A stretch of DNA of 64,000 nucleotides from Rhynchobatus australiae. Its lineage: Eukaryota. Location: contig JAUZTB010000118.1 in the NCBI GenBank assembly GCA_034780895.1, positions 72,490,670-72,554,669 on the forward strand, given 5' to 3'. The notes under the pieces are model-generated. The model did not search any database and was not told where the DNA came from. It worked only from the letters and a program-made list of their open reading frames with translations. The translations under genes were made by a program, and so were the position numbers. Positions 62,540-64,000 of the stretch are shown piece after piece. The first letter of the stretch is position 1. Each line of letters begins with the position of its first letter.

Positions 62540-63045
62540 CTCTTTTCAGCTTCAAATCTCAGAGGAGTGTGCTGTCCGGCATGCAGGGAATGTTCTCTGC
62601 CCACTGCAACTTGTTGAGTATAATCAGAGCCTCATTGCTGGGGCTGTTGAGTGGACGCTGACATTGCTTTGCCTATTCTGCCAATGAAGAAAGGTTGGTG
62701 GTGCTTCTGCAGTGCTTTAAGGTGCCTACTTTAGGTCATTCATGTCTCCAAAGTATGCAGGATGACAGGGGTCACTGCTGCTCAGTTCACAACAAGCTTG
62801 GTGCTGGGTTTGGGATCTTGGTCTTCCACTGTTCTTTTCGTCAATCAGCCGAAGGCTGTGCTGGCACACTCAAGGAAGTAATGAATTTCATTATAGATAC
62901 CTGCTGCCATTGAGAGTTGGCTCCCAAGGATATGGAATGTGATCCATGTTTTCCAGATTGTCACTGCTGAGAGGCAATGCTGTGCAGGTTGGTCGAGGAT
63001 CTTTGTTTTTCAGATGTTTAGGCCAAGGGTCATCCTCTTGATCAC
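62540..63045 (-). mobile_element. RTE-clade LINE fragment
   Basis: Reverse complement gives LENMDHIPYLG..CASTAFG..EDQDPKPSTKL..SRHLKALQKHHQ, homologous to 2440-2700. Confidence 0.7.
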
Positions 63046-63864
63046 CAGAACTAACAGTATAAAAGTGGACAAATATAAACTTAAACAATAATAAGTAAAC
63101 AACTAAAACTATGCATTAGATAAAAACAAAAGAAAGTAGTTGGAGGTGATTCACAATAATCCTGAATGAAAACAAGAGATTGCAATTAAAGACGTCAAAC
63201 GGTCCAAGAGAGTCAGTGTGGTCTATTGACTTGTGGAATATATACTTGTAATTAATAAGTAAAAGATACTGAGTATATTTGGAAACCATGTGCTATTAAC
63301 TGCACACTTAACAATTAGAACTGCTAACATTTAGAAATTAGTTTGTCACAGTTCTCTCATATTTAAACAGCACCACAAACTCTTTAATAAGCATAAAATG
63401 TATTACCAGCAATTCCAAAACAGCACCAGTGGGCTCCTTCATGTAACAGGAACACTGTACTTTGGCTGTCAAATTTAGCACCTCACCTGAGCAATTAACC
63501 TCAGGAAGTTGTCCTTAAAGGGTCACAGCATGGTACAAACAGTCATCCTTCAGTTCCTGGAAAGAGATGGGAAGGTAGCTGGTAGTCTTCCCAGGGGACC
63601 AGAGAAATCTGCGTAAGACTCTGAAGAACATTACATGCAGAAGGTAGCTTTCTTGTACAAACTGCCAGAAGTTGGAATGGTTGTGGTTGTGTGGTGGTGG
63701 TAGTTCCAGTGCTTGGTATCATTGGCCTGTACAAAGGAAGATGATCCTGGTTGTCAATCATTCTAGCCTAAGGACATTGCAGCCAGAGTATCTCAAAATA
63801 GCCCAACTGTTTCATCAATTATCTTCCTTCCCTCAGATGGTGAACGAGATGCCAAATATGCAGG

Positions 63865-64000
63865 CTGCATTTTGAGAGTTGTTAGAGTTGCCACTCAGAC
63901 AGGCAAGTGGAGAGCATTCCAGCACATGGCTGACTCATGCCTTATAGATGGTTGGAAGTCTTTGCAGTGCAGGGGGTGAGTCATTCACTGCACAGTAGCT
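63865..64000 (-). mobile_element. Old CR1/L2-like LINE fragment
   Basis: Antisense homology to 5870-5930 and 6515-6535 (ccacttgcctg; taaggcatgagtcag). Confidence 0.5.

Overview
Vertebrate genomic DNA from a gapped draft scaffold. The repeat content (abundant CR1 LINEs, HE1/V-SINE-like SINEs, Penelope-like elements, RTE, Rex1) suggests a cartilaginous fish; this is an inference. The main gene is PRR16 (Largen) on the minus strand. Its 132-nt first coding exon (56534-56665, too short for the ORF track) lies in a CpG island, so most of 1-56533 should be its long first intron, and exon 2 was not seen. Inside that interval, on the same strand, is one intact 140-nt NKCC-type (SLC12A1/SLC12A2-like) exon at 19030-19169 with no sibling exons visible. 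Other points of interest are upstream ORFs, one with a TAATG stop/start overlap on the PRR16 initiator; hammerhead-ribozyme motifs in Penelope terminal repeats; hairpin elements derived from those repeats; a CCCTAA-containing minisatellite next to the promoter; and decayed Tc1, Tigger-like and Harbinger DNA transposons. All family assignments come from recalled motifs, not database searches, and repeat boundaries are approximate.
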